In this document: positions 1 through 8,594 of the stretch, in pieces
Layout of the letters: every line of letters starts with the position of its first letter
Numbering within the stretch: the stretch's first letter is position 1
Assembly (NCBI GenBank): GCA_029975745.1
Contig: JARKOL010000155.1
Span: 1 to 60,142, forward strand
Length of the DNA: 60,142 bases
Origin: Myxococcota bacterium
GTDB lineage: Bacteria > Myxococcota_A > UBA9042 > DTJE01
Direction: 5' to 3'
Position numbers and translations under genes: made by a program
The notes under the pieces: generated by a model
Databases searched by the model: none
What the model saw: the letters and a program-made list of their open reading frames with translations, nothing else
What the model was told of the DNA's origin: nothing

Positions 1-198
1 TTCGACAAGTTCGGCGCAGCGTTCGACAAGGTGCGCAGGAAGATCGAGGAGGCGGGGCGCACGCTGGACGAACAGGACCGCAGGAAACGCGCCATGGACC
101 GCAGGCTGCGCGAGGTCGAGACCGTGCCCGACGCCGAGGCCGCCGACATCCTGGCGCTGGACGCCCCGGACACCGATGATGACGAAGCGGACGCCTAG
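1..198 (+). CDS. C-terminal fragment of an RmuC-like DNA recombination protein (5' end outside window)
   Basis: Frame 1 is open from the window edge to TAG at 196-198. The peptide FDKFGAAFDKVRRKIEEAGRTLDEQDRRKRAMDRRLREVE resembles the helical C-terminal tail of RmuC proteins. Only 65 aa are visible. Confidence 0.4.
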   Translation, partial: FDKFGAAFDKVRRKIEEAGRTLDEQDRRKRAMDRRLREVETVPDAEAADILALDAPDTDDDEADA

Positions 199-391
199 CC
201 GCCGGCCGTGGCTCCCGGATTCGCGCTGCCGCCGGCGCCGTTCCCGGCGCCGAAGCCCCGATGCCGGACGGGATCCGCGGGTCGCACGAAACGGATGGAC
301 GCGTCCGTCTGCGATCGGTTTCCCGGGTTCCGTCCTTGCGCCGGGCTGCCGGATCCTGTAAACCGACCGCGGACCGAAGCGGAGGAGCGTC

Positions 392-2068
392 ATGGGGACG
401 ACGATGCGCGGGATCCTGCCGGCGACGGCGCTGGCGGTGTTGTTGTGGGGCTGCGGGGGCGGGACGTCCGGGGGCGATGCGACCGACGTTCCCGACGCCG
501 TCGATCCCGGCATGGACGTGCCGGCGGACCCCGGGGTGACCGATGACCCGGGCGTGCGCGACGAGGGCGCGGACCCCGGCACGCCGCCCGACGCCTCCCC
601 CGATTCGACCCCGGACGAAGGGCCGACGCCCGATGCCCCCGCCGATGTCCCCGTCGATACCCCGGACGTCCCGGCCGACGTGCCTCCCCCGCCGTTGTGG
701 GAGAACCTGGCGCCCGCCGGGGGCGGCCGGCTGGGCAGCATCGTCGGGGTCGCCAGCCACATGAACGTCGCGGCGGGCGAGGATGTCGAGCGGGCCTTCG
801 AACTGGCATCGTACCAGGAGTTCAGCGGCTTCCGGATCCGGCGTGGAATGCGCTGGAACGTCGTCGAGCCGGCCCAGGACGACTGGCGATGGGAGCGCGT
901 CTCGGGCGGGCCGAACGACAGCCACGACGCGGGCATCCGCTTCATGCCGATGCTGGCCTACGGCAACAAGTGGGCCCAGGCGGACCCCGACATCTACGGG
1001 ACCCTGAACATCGCCGACTACGCCGACTACGCCGGCCAGATGGCGGCCATGTTCTGCGACAAGGCCAAGGACTACGAGATCTGGAACGAGCAGGACACCG
1101 AGCGCTTCTGGCACATGAGGCCGGATCCCGAGCGGTACGCGGACATGCTGATCGCGGCGTCGGCCGCGATTCGCGCGTCCTGTCCGGACGCCCGCGTGGT
1201 GTTTGGCGGCCTCACGTCCTACGGCGAACTGGACATGTGGGACCGGTGGCTGTTCCTGCGCCTGGCGCTGCAGGCGCGGCCGGAGCTGTGTACGGCCATG
1301 GATGCGGTCGCCCTGCACCCGTACACGTGGTTCCAGTTCGATTCTCCGGAGCACGACGAGGTTCTGACCGAATTCGCGACCAAGGACAGCCAGTCGGCGA
1401 TGACGCGCATTGCCCGGGAGATCCTGGAGGACGCGGGGTGCGGGGACAAGCCCCTGCTGTTCACCGAGCTGGGCTGGCCCACGTACGACCTGACCGACGA
1501 ACAGGTCGCCCGCTTCGCCGTCCGCAGCCTGCTGCTGGCCGCACGGGACGGCGTCGAGGGCTGGTACTGGTACACGTTCTGGGATGACCCCCCCGAATCG
1601 GGCGGCATCCGGCCCCACGAGAATCACTTCGGGCTGTGGCGCTGGCCCGGTGCCGACGGCACGATCCGCGAGGCCAAGCCGGCATGGCACACCCTGAAGG
1701 GGGCGGATTCGCTTCTGGGCCACCACCGGTTCGCGCGGGATCTGGGACCGGCGTTGGGCCTGCCGAACGACGTGTACGTGCTGGCATTCGTGGACGAAGA
1801 CGGCGGCATCGGCCTGGCCATGTGGGACGGACGCGAGATGCCCGACGAGTGGCTGGACGGCATGGACGCGGGCGGCCCCGACACGACCTACGCCCTGGAG
1901 CTGCCGCTGCCCGACTGCACGACGGGGACGCGCCACTTCGACATGCTGGGCGATCCGATCGACGATCCCCAGGAGGGCGCATCCGTCGCCTTGACCCTGA
2001 CCCCCGAGGTCCGGTATCTGTTGATCGACTGCGCGTCGTCGCAGTCGCGACAGCCGGGCAGGCCGTGA
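392..2068 (+). CDS. Secreted lipoprotein, clan GH-A (GH5/GH39-like) glycoside hydrolase
   Basis: 558-aa ORF with a GGAGGAG SD upstream and lipobox LLWGC. An Asp/Pro-rich linker of about 75 aa follows. TIM-barrel signatures are YEIWNEQD (Asn-Glu acid/base) and LLFTELGWP (nucleophile Glu). Confidence 0.65.
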   Translation: MGTTMRGILPATALAVLLWGCGGGTSGGDATDVPDAVDPGMDVPADPGVTDDPGVRDEGADPGTPPDASPDSTPDEGPTPDAPADVPVDTPDVPADVPPPPLWENLAPAGGGRLGSIVGVASHMNVAAGEDVERAFELASYQEFSGFRIRRGMRWNVVEPAQDDWRWERVSGGPNDSHDAGIRFMPMLAYGNKWAQADPDIYGTLNIADYADYAGQMAAMFCDKAKDYEIWNEQDTERFWHMRPDPERYADMLIAASAAIRASCPDARVVFGGLTSYGELDMWDRWLFLRLALQARPELCTAMDAVALHPYTWFQFDSPEHDEVLTEFATKDSQSAMTRIAREILEDAGCGDKPLLFTELGWPTYDLTDEQVARFAVRSLLLAARDGVEGWYWYTFWDDPPESGGIRPHENHFGLWRWPGADGTIREAKPAWHTLKGADSLLGHHRFARDLGPALGLPNDVYVLAFVDEDGGIGLAMWDGREMPDEWLDGMDAGGPDTTYALELPLPDCTTGTRHFDMLGDPIDDPQEGASVALTLTPEVRYLLIDCASSQSRQPGRP

Positions 2069-2120
2069 CGTTCGCCAGACTTTCGCGACCGATCCCTGCC
2101 CCACACGAACGGGAGGACGA

Positions 2121-3833
2121 ATGAAGGCGCCCCGCCCGTCCCTGGTGGTCCTGCTGGCCTTGATGCTGGCGGGCGTGCCCGCCTGGGCCCAGCTCGAGTC
2201 GTTGCTGACGAAGTCCCCGAGGCCCGGGGCCGCATCCTCGACCGAGGGCCCTGGGGGGGAGGACGCGGGCCCCGCGAGGGCTCGCGCGACGCACGCCCGG
2301 TCACCCTCGACCTGCGGCAGTCCCCGGGCTGCCGTCGCCACGTTGCTGGACGCGCTGCAACCCGATCGTCACCAGCCGACGGCCGCCGCCCGATGCCTGG
2401 ACGCCTCCCGCCTGGGACCGGACACGCCGACGGCCCCCAGCCTGGCGGTCAAACTGAAGCAGGTGCTCGACGCACGGGGTCTGTGGGTCGATCTGGAACG
2501 GATTCCCTCGGACCCCGACTTCGTCGATGGCGCCGGCCAGCACCGATTCGACCTGTTTCCCGGCATCCTCCAACTGGTCTACGTGGAACGGCAGGAGGAC
2601 CGCTGGGTCTTCCCGGCCGACGTGGTCGAGCGTATTCCCGCGATGTACCGCGCCACATTCCCCCTGGACGTGCGGGCGATGATCGAGGTCATGCCCTCGT
2701 GGCTGCGCATGCCCGTCGCCGGGGCACGCCTGTGGCAGTTGACCGGCGTCTTCCTGCTGGTGCTGCTGGCCCTGGTGCTGCAGAAGGTCATCGTCTGGAT
2801 GACCTCGGTCCACGTCCGACGGCTGGGGCGCAGGAACAACGTCCGCTGGACCCTGGCCGCCGTCGCGCGGGCGGGCGCGCCCATGGGCGGGCTGGCGATG
2901 GCCGCGGTCTTCTGGGTCGGGTTCCCGCTGCTGGACTTCACGGTGGGCATCAACCGGGTCGTCCTGTTCGCCACCCGGGTGCTGTCCATGGGCAGCGTGG
3001 TCTGGCTGGGCTACCGGATGGCCGACGTGCTGTCCGACTTCATGCTGGAGCGTGCCGAGCGCACCGAAACGAAACTGGACGATCAGCTGGTGCCGCTGGT
3101 CCGCAAGAGCCTGAAGGTCCTGATGGTCGTGATCGGCGGCCTGTTCATCCTCCAGAACCTGCACGTCGATATCGGATCGCTGCTGGCCGGCCTGGGCCTG
3201 GGCGGCCTGGCCTTCGCCCTGGCGGCGAAGGACACCGTCGCCAACCTGTTCGGGTCCGTCATGATCTTCGTGGACCGGCCGTTCCAGATCGGGGACTGGA
3301 TCCGGATCGGGGACGTCGAGGGCACGGTCGAGGAGGTCGGCTTCCGCTCGACACGCATTCGGACATTCTACAACTCGTTGATTACGTTTCCGAACGCGCG
3401 ACTGATGGACGCGGCGGTGGACAACCTGGGGGCCCGGCGGTACCGGCGCTACTCGACAACCCTGAGCCTGACCTACGACACGCCGCCCGAGCGAATGGAC
3501 GCATTCTGCGAGGCGCTGCGCCAGTTGATCCGGGAACTGGAGGGGATGCGCAAGGACTACTTCATGGTCGAATTCAAGGAGTACGGGGCGCACTCGCTGG
3601 ACGTGATGCTGTACTGCTTCATGATCGCGCCGGACTGGGCAACCGAGATGCGCATCCGGACGAACCTGAACCTGGAAATCCTGCGCATCGCCAAGCGGAT
3701 CGGCGTTTCCTTCGCTCTCCCCACGCGGACCATCGAGTTCGCGTCGGGGTTGCCCGCGCTGCCGCCCCAGGCGATGCCCAGGGCCCCGATGGTCCAGGAC
3801 GAATCACTTCGGCAGGAATCCCGCCGGAGCTAG
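2121..3833 (+). CDS. MscS-family mechanosensitive ion channel with a long N-terminal periplasmic/TM extension
   Basis: 570 aa with a GGGAGGA SD, a signal peptide and several TM helices. It has the canonical MscS beta-domain block FQIGDWIRIGDVEGTVEEVGFRSTRIRTFYNSLITFPNA. Confidence 0.9.
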   Translation: MKAPRPSLVVLLALMLAGVPAWAQLESLLTKSPRPGAASSTEGPGGEDAGPARARATHARSPSTCGSPRAAVATLLDALQPDRHQPTAAARCLDASRLGPDTPTAPSLAVKLKQVLDARGLWVDLERIPSDPDFVDGAGQHRFDLFPGILQLVYVERQEDRWVFPADVVERIPAMYRATFPLDVRAMIEVMPSWLRMPVAGARLWQLTGVFLLVLLALVLQKVIVWMTSVHVRRLGRRNNVRWTLAAVARAGAPMGGLAMAAVFWVGFPLLDFTVGINRVVLFATRVLSMGSVVWLGYRMADVLSDFMLERAERTETKLDDQLVPLVRKSLKVLMVVIGGLFILQNLHVDIGSLLAGLGLGGLAFALAAKDTVANLFGSVMIFVDRPFQIGDWIRIGDVEGTVEEVGFRSTRIRTFYNSLITFPNARLMDAAVDNLGARRYRRYSTTLSLTYDTPPERMDAFCEALRQLIRELEGMRKDYFMVEFKEYGAHSLDVMLYCFMIAPDWATEMRIRTNLNLEILRIAKRIGVSFALPTRTIEFASGLPALPPQAMPRAPMVQDESLRQESRRS

Positions 3834-5053
3834 CGGATTTCCTGGTGCTGGCCCCCGGGTACCACGCCGGGACCCGCGTCGAACACATAGACGGCGTTGG
3901 ACATCAGCCCGGTGACGTACAGCCGACGACCGCCGCCCGCGACGTCGCCGACCGCCATCCCGTACGGATTCGACGACAGCGGCAAGCTGGCCCAGAAGGC
4001 CAGTTCGACGCCCGTCGCCGCATCGATGGCACGCACGTTGTTGTCACCGCTGTTCAGGATCAGCAGCCGGTCGCCGTCCAGAAGCAGGCTGTTGGGAAGG
4101 CTGCCGGTCCCGGCGAAGTTTCCAAAGACCTGGGGCGTTCCCGCGCCGAACGTGACCGCCGCGATGCGACTGGCCATCCCCAGCAGCAGGTACAGATTGG
4201 GCGGACCGTCCGGGCGCCACGCCGCGGCGAGAATGCCGTCCATGCTGCCCGACACGCCGACCTCGAAGGACAGCCCGTCGATCGGGGCGCCCGTGACGGC
4301 GTCCAGCACCCAGACTCGATCACGGTTGAAGCTGGCCGCGATCAGGCGCCCGGGGGATCCGGGAATCACCGTAAGCGTGTCCTGATCGCCGGCCGCCCCA
4401 AGCAGGACGGGGTTGTCCGGCCCCCGGACCAGCCTGCCCGCCCCCAGGTCCGCCTGGAACAAGGCCGCGGCGGTTCCGCTGCCCATCCAGGCCCGGTCGC
4501 CGACAATCGCCAGGGAGGATGGGTAGCCGACCAGAGGCCGCGAAGGGTCCAGGGGCAACCGGATCACCCGGTCCGGCGCGTCGGCCGTCGCCAGACCCGC
4601 AAGGGGGATGCCCACCAGGGCCCCCTCGCCGTCGGGAATCACCAGCGCCCCGTCGAACCGGGTCTGGCCGGAGCACAGGATCCAGACACGGTCCGTGCCG
4701 GTCGCGACGACCTGGGCATTCTTCGCGGCAAGCGGAATCCGGTTGACCACCCGGGCGGTGCGACGGTCCACCACGGTCGCGAATCCCTCGCGGAAGACCA
4801 GGCCGGCCCCGTCGAATCCGTACCGGCTGTTGGCCACCACAAGGTAGTCGCCGGCAACGGCCAGGCCCTCGGGCGCCGCGAAGTTCGTGGGGGGCAATCG
4901 ATCGTCGCCGGAATCGGAAGGCGCGGCCCCGTCGCGCCACGCCCCGCCGCCGTCCGGTCGAAGCATCGCGTCGGGCATGGGCTCGCATCCGGCCAGCGCC
5001 AACCACGCGAGCGCGGCGCCTCCCAGCAACAGGCTGCGGCAGAATCGCATCAT
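3830..5053 (-). CDS. YVTN/YncE-type beta-propeller lipoprotein, last gene of the riboswitch-controlled btuB-like operon (BtuG-like role proposed)
   Basis: Start ATGATG at 5053 overlaps the stop of the upstream receptor gene (ATGA). Lipobox LALAGC. Repeated blade motifs: LVVANS, VWILCS, AWMGSG, VWVLDAVTG, LLILNSGDNNVRAIDAATG, LYVTGLMSNAVYVFD. The 759-aa version in the ORF track reads through into the shadow of the receptor gene. Confidence 0.75.
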   Translation of the reverse strand: MMRFCRSLLLGGAALAWLALAGCEPMPDAMLRPDGGGAWRDGAAPSDSGDDRLPPTNFAAPEGLAVAGDYLVVANSRYGFDGAGLVFREGFATVVDRRTARVVNRIPLAAKNAQVVATGTDRVWILCSGQTRFDGALVIPDGEGALVGIPLAGLATADAPDRVIRLPLDPSRPLVGYPSSLAIVGDRAWMGSGTAAALFQADLGAGRLVRGPDNPVLLGAAGDQDTLTVIPGSPGRLIAASFNRDRVWVLDAVTGAPIDGLSFEVGVSGSMDGILAAAWRPDGPPNLYLLLGMASRIAAVTFGAGTPQVFGNFAGTGSLPNSLLLDGDRLLILNSGDNNVRAIDAATGVELAFWASLPLSSNPYGMAVGDVAGGGRRLYVTGLMSNAVYVFDAGPGVVPGGQHQEIR

Positions 5054-6951
5054 CGTCGCCCCCTTATCGTCAGAAAGACGGACCGCCCAGGCAGCGGGCG
5101 TTGCAGGTGATCGACCCCGTCCCGCTTGTCGGTCAGGTTCATGGCATCCACGGACAGCGACAGCAGGGACGAGAACGCCCAGTCCAGGCGGGCATCCAGC
5201 CGGAAGCGTGCCTCCTCGGACAGCGACTCGAATCGGTCCAGGAACACGCCGGAGCGCCAGCCGGGCATCGCCGAGATCCCGACGGGTCCCAGGCGGACCG
5301 AGGCGGTTCCCTGGACCTCGTGGGCGGGCCGCTGGGGCATCCGCAGGCCGGTGTCGCCGAACCGGGCATCCAGGAACGTGTAGGCAGCCCGAAGGTCGAA
5401 CCATCGCCACGCCCAGCGTGCCTGGAGTTCCACCCCCCGCACCACGGCACCGCCCGAGTTTTCCGCACGCACCAGGAAGGCCGATCGGGGCAGGAACAGG
5501 ATCAGGTTGCGCACGCGGTTCTCGAAGTAGGTCGCCGTCACCCCCCAGGGCCGGCCATGTCCCAGTTCGACGCCGGCGTCCCAGGTCAGGGCATCCTCGG
5601 GCGCCAGGTTCGGATTCCCCTGGACGAACCCAGCGTCGAAGTGCAGTTCCTCCAGAGTCGGCAAGCGGAATCCCCGAGAGACATTGGCGAACAGCCGCAG
5701 CGGTCCCCAGGGGTCGTACCGGACCCCCAGCGCGGGGATCGCCCGGACCCCGAAGCCCTGATCCCACCCGACCCGCAGGTCCAGCGTCGTCTCGAACCGG
5801 TCCGATGGCGGGCCGAAGCGCCCCCGGATCCGGCCGGACACGGTCGTGCGCGAGGGCGCCCCCGGCCTGGCTCCCAGTCGGCGGGCTTCCCCGAGGTCGT
5901 GCCCGGCGTCCATGCCGGCCCCCAGAGCGACCCAGGGATGCAGCCGGCCCTCGGTGGCCGCATCGACCCCCACTCCGTGCGCGATCAGCGTGGTCGCCGT
6001 CGGCGGCCCCGAAGGCGGCGCCGAGTCCTGGTACGCGAAGCCCAGTCGGCGGTAGAACGCCGACGCCCGGGTCCAGCCACTGTCCCCGAAGAGCCGTGGC
6101 CCTTCCCATGCGACACGAGTCACAACCCGGGTGTCCTGCTGGCGGGCGGTCGTCGAGGGATACTGCTCCAGGCCGGCAATCTGGCGACGCCCCAGGGCCC
6201 CCTCGACCATGCCGTCGATCCGGTGCCCCCCGGACAGTCGTGCCGCGACCCGCCCCATGCCCTGGAATCCCAGGGTCGCACTGTGGTCCCGAACCCGGCG
6301 GATCCCGTTGGTATCGACAAACTCGAAGGCACCGTCCGAGGCCATCAGACCGCCGCCGACCAGCATCCCGACGTCGTGCGGCCCGACCTCCCAGACATGC
6401 GCGTGCGACGCCTTCAGCCGCACTGTCGAGAACGAACCCGCGGTCAGGCTGGCCCGCGTGTCGGGACCGTCCAGCGGGTCGAGGGTCCGGGCCGCCACGA
6501 CGCCCCCCACCGCGTCGGTGCCGTGGGACGCAGAGCGGCCACCGCGGACGACATCCAGCGTGTCCAGGGGCACCAGCGCCAGCGCGGACAGGTCGGCCCC
6601 GCCCAGGAAGGGCGAATTCAACGGCACCCCATCCAGGGTCGTCAGGGTGGCGGACGGATCGGTCCCCCGCACCGCGACGACGGCGGCCTGGCCGGGCCCC
6701 CCCACGGACAGCACCTGGACCGAGGGCAGCCGGGCTACCGCTGCGGCGGGCCCGTCGGGCGCCTCCAGGACGGCCGGCTCGGAGACGCGATCGCCGCGGA
6801 CCGACCGGGGAGCGGTCCGATCCGGGGTCGGGTCCGGGTCACCCACGACCTCGATCGACGGCACGACAACCGCCTCCTGGGCCCGGGCGGACGCCCCCGG
6901 GGCCGACAGCGCGGCGATCAGGAACAGCCTGGCAGCCCGTTGCCGCATCAT
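5050..6951 (-). CDS. btuB: TonB-dependent outer-membrane receptor, BtuB-like (cobalamin/corrinoid uptake inferred from the riboswitch)
   Basis: 633 aa with a signal peptide ending ASARAQE. Plug-domain blocks are VAVRGTDPSATLTTLDGVPLNSP and LDVVRGGRSASHGTDAVGGVV. It falls in the roughly 600-aa BtuB size class. ATGA overlaps with both neighbours, and a cobalamin riboswitch lies upstream of the operon. Confidence 0.8.
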   Translation of the reverse strand: MMRQRAARLFLIAALSAPGASARAQEAVVVPSIEVVGDPDPTPDRTAPRSVRGDRVSEPAVLEAPDGPAAAVARLPSVQVLSVGGPGQAAVVAVRGTDPSATLTTLDGVPLNSPFLGGADLSALALVPLDTLDVVRGGRSASHGTDAVGGVVAARTLDPLDGPDTRASLTAGSFSTVRLKASHAHVWEVGPHDVGMLVGGGLMASDGAFEFVDTNGIRRVRDHSATLGFQGMGRVAARLSGGHRIDGMVEGALGRRQIAGLEQYPSTTARQQDTRVVTRVAWEGPRLFGDSGWTRASAFYRRLGFAYQDSAPPSGPPTATTLIAHGVGVDAATEGRLHPWVALGAGMDAGHDLGEARRLGARPGAPSRTTVSGRIRGRFGPPSDRFETTLDLRVGWDQGFGVRAIPALGVRYDPWGPLRLFANVSRGFRLPTLEELHFDAGFVQGNPNLAPEDALTWDAGVELGHGRPWGVTATYFENRVRNLILFLPRSAFLVRAENSGGAVVRGVELQARWAWRWFDLRAAYTFLDARFGDTGLRMPQRPAHEVQGTASVRLGPVGISAMPGWRSGVFLDRFESLSEEARFRLDARLDWAFSSLLSLSVDAMNLTDKRDGVDHLQRPLPGRSVFLTIRGRR

Positions 6952-7715
6952 TCCTGCACGTACCGGGCGATGACCCCGTCGATGTCGGCTCCGTTCGACG
7001 CGGGATCTCGCACGTAGGGCGCCCCGGTGTCCGGATTGGTCCGCGACGGGGCCGTCACCAGCATCAGGAAGCGGAAGCCGTCTTCCCGGATGGCCCGCGC
7101 GTCGGGATCGTCCAGGGGCAGGTCGTCAAGGTCGAACGGGTCGCCCCCGGCCGCGGCGTGATCGAACGGATCGACCGGATTCGATTCGACGTGGAACCGG
7201 ACCGGGTACCGGCCTGCGAACCCCGGCCACAACTCGGGATCCGCCACGTACGTCTCCTCGTCCTGGGCGATGTAGTCGTGGGGAAACGGCACCCAGTTGG
7301 TGCCATCCCGGGACAGGTACACGATCGCCAGGTCCATGAAGACGCGGCCTCCGCCGATCTCGAATGCGTTCTCGAACACGACGAAGTCGATCCCGTCGCC
7401 GTTTCGTACCCAGGCGCCCCCCCAGGACAGGACCAGGGCGTTGTCGATGCCCTCGGCGTATCCCAGGCTGAACACGTCCGTGCCGCCGCCGTGGGTGCCG
7501 CCGCCCCGCACGCCGTTGACCGCCCGCAGCGAATCCCCGTGCCCCTCGCCGGTGTGCCCGGGGGCATCGACCACGGTGTCCGCGACAACCCCCGGAGGCG
7601 TCCATCCGTCCGGCCAGCCCCCGGCGGCATCCATCACGTCCCCGACGGGGTCGGACACGGAGCCGCATGCGACGGCCAGCAGCCACGCGCCCCCCAGGGC
7701 GACCCAGGTTCGCAT
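6948..7715 (-). CDS. Lipoprotein of unknown function (beta-sandwich-like), second gene of the btuB-like operon
   Basis: Start MRTWVALGGAWLLAVACGS (lipobox AVAC) at 7715. The stop overlaps the btuB start (ATGA). Coding-like composition; conserved-looking block GIDFVVFENAFEIGGGRVFMDLAIVYLSRDGTNWVPFP. The upstream 17 codons in the ORF track were not used. Confidence 0.7.
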   Translation of the reverse strand: MRTWVALGGAWLLAVACGSVSDPVGDVMDAAGGWPDGWTPPGVVADTVVDAPGHTGEGHGDSLRAVNGVRGGGTHGGGTDVFSLGYAEGIDNALVLSWGGAWVRNGDGIDFVVFENAFEIGGGRVFMDLAIVYLSRDGTNWVPFPHDYIAQDEETYVADPELWPGFAGRYPVRFHVESNPVDPFDHAAAGGDPFDLDDLPLDDPDARAIREDGFRFLMLVTAPSRTNPDTGAPYVRDPASNGADIDGVIARYVQE

Positions 7716-7785
7716 CGTCACGACGCCCTCCCAGCGGCGCCGTCCGGGTGCCTCGGTTCGTGGCACCCGGACGGGCCGGCACTTC

Positions 7786-8214
7786 CTAGTCCGCGGGCGT
7801 CAGCAACGTCCAGCCGAATCCGCCACAACCGCTGTTCGCGGGGTCGGTCGCGTCGGGTGCCTGGGTGGTTCGCGCGGCGTCGCGACTCTCGTCGGCGTAC
7901 GCGACCTGGCACAGGAACAGGTCCCCGGCATGCTCGGCCCAGTCGAACCGGCTCCACATGTCCGGGAAGTACTCGTTGGCGGCGTCGTTCCGGGCCACCA
8001 GCCAGTTTCCGCCGTTGTCGAACTCGGCGATGTTGTAGCGGCCCATGCCGGCCAGCACCAGTACCTGCGACGTGATCTCGACGGCATTGCCCCACTGGTC
8101 CGTGTAGCGGCCCTCGATCTCCAGGGAACCGTCCGACGACTCGCACCCCGCGAACGCCAGGACGCACCCCAACACCAGGATCCACGATACCCTCACGTGC
8201 TGCGATCTGTTCAC
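7786..8214 (-). CDS. Small lipoprotein of unknown function, first gene of the btuB-like operon
   Basis: 142 aa. GTG start with a GGGAGGG SD 4-5 nt upstream. Lipobox AFAGC. It lies directly downstream of the riboswitch. Confidence 0.7.
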   Translation of the reverse strand: MNRSQHVRVSWILVLGCVLAFAGCESSDGSLEIEGRYTDQWGNAVEITSQVLVLAGMGRYNIAEFDNGGNWLVARNDAANEYFPDMWSRFDWAEHAGDLFLCQVAYADESRDAARTTQAPDATDPANSGCGGFGWTLLTPAD

Positions 8215-8324
8215 CGAACCCTCCCGTTCCGGGCAGGGCGGCGACGGGGCCCGTTCAGGTTCGCTTGTCCAGGGACGACGAACGAGGGTGGGGCCGCATC
8301 GCTTCCTCCCGAAACCGCATGCGT

Positions 8325-8478
8325 TGCGGACGGCGGCGAGTGTCCTGGCTCCCGGATCCCCCTCCCCCAGTCCTTCCCGGCATCACCCGACGCCAGTGGT
8401 TCTTCTGGGTTCGTCCCCGGTTACAGTTGCGGGGGCAGCGCCGGCATCGCACCGGCTTCCTGCACCATCCGTCCGGGC
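8325..8478 (-). promoter_or_regulatory. Cobalamin (B12) riboswitch aptamer
   Basis: The minus-strand RNA is GGACGGAUGGUGCAGGAAGCCGGUGCGAUGCCGGCGCUGCCCCCGCAACUGUAACCGGGGACGAACCCAGAAGAACCACUGGCGUCGGGUGAUGCCGGGAAGGACUGGGG...GGGAGCCAGGACACUCGCCGCCGUCC. It carries the conserved core strings GGAAGCCGGUG, GCUGCCCCCGCAACUGUAA and CCACUGG, plus a B12-box-like AGCCAGGACACUCGCC. The aptamer is closed by P1 GGACGG (8469-8474) / CCGUCC (8328-8333). Confidence 0.85.
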
Positions 8479-8481
8479 GGC

Positions 8482-8509
8482 ATTATATCCCGGGCGAAGG
8501 ACCTGGCAA
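8482..8509 (-). promoter_or_regulatory. Sigma70-type promoter for the riboswitch/btuB-like operon
   Basis: On the minus strand, TTGCCA (8504-8509) is followed by a 16-nt spacer and TATAAT (8482-8487), immediately 5' of riboswitch P1. Confidence 0.55.
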
Positions 8510-8594
8510 GTCCGACCGGCGGCAATCCGACCGGCGGCGACTCCGTGGAACCGGGATGCTTCCGGCAAGTGACGAACGGGGTCCCCGATGCGGC

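Noticed and set aside
3830-3833. Palindromic CTAG that supplies the stop codons of both convergent genes (the MscS channel and the propeller lipoprotein)
   Set aside because: It is a curiosity of tight convergent packing. No hairpin or terminator is evident around it, and no functional inference is justified.
4887-8075. 1062-aa plus-strand ORF across the btuB-like operon; similar giant ORFs lie at 22620-26114, 34605-38339, 48265-51774, 26257-28410, 17223-19526 and 38367-40910
   Set aside because: All lie opposite or out of frame to genes with clear family motifs. They have extreme Arg/Pro/Gly/Ala composition and lack signal peptides or recognisable motifs. These are typical stop-poor shadow frames of very GC-rich DNA.
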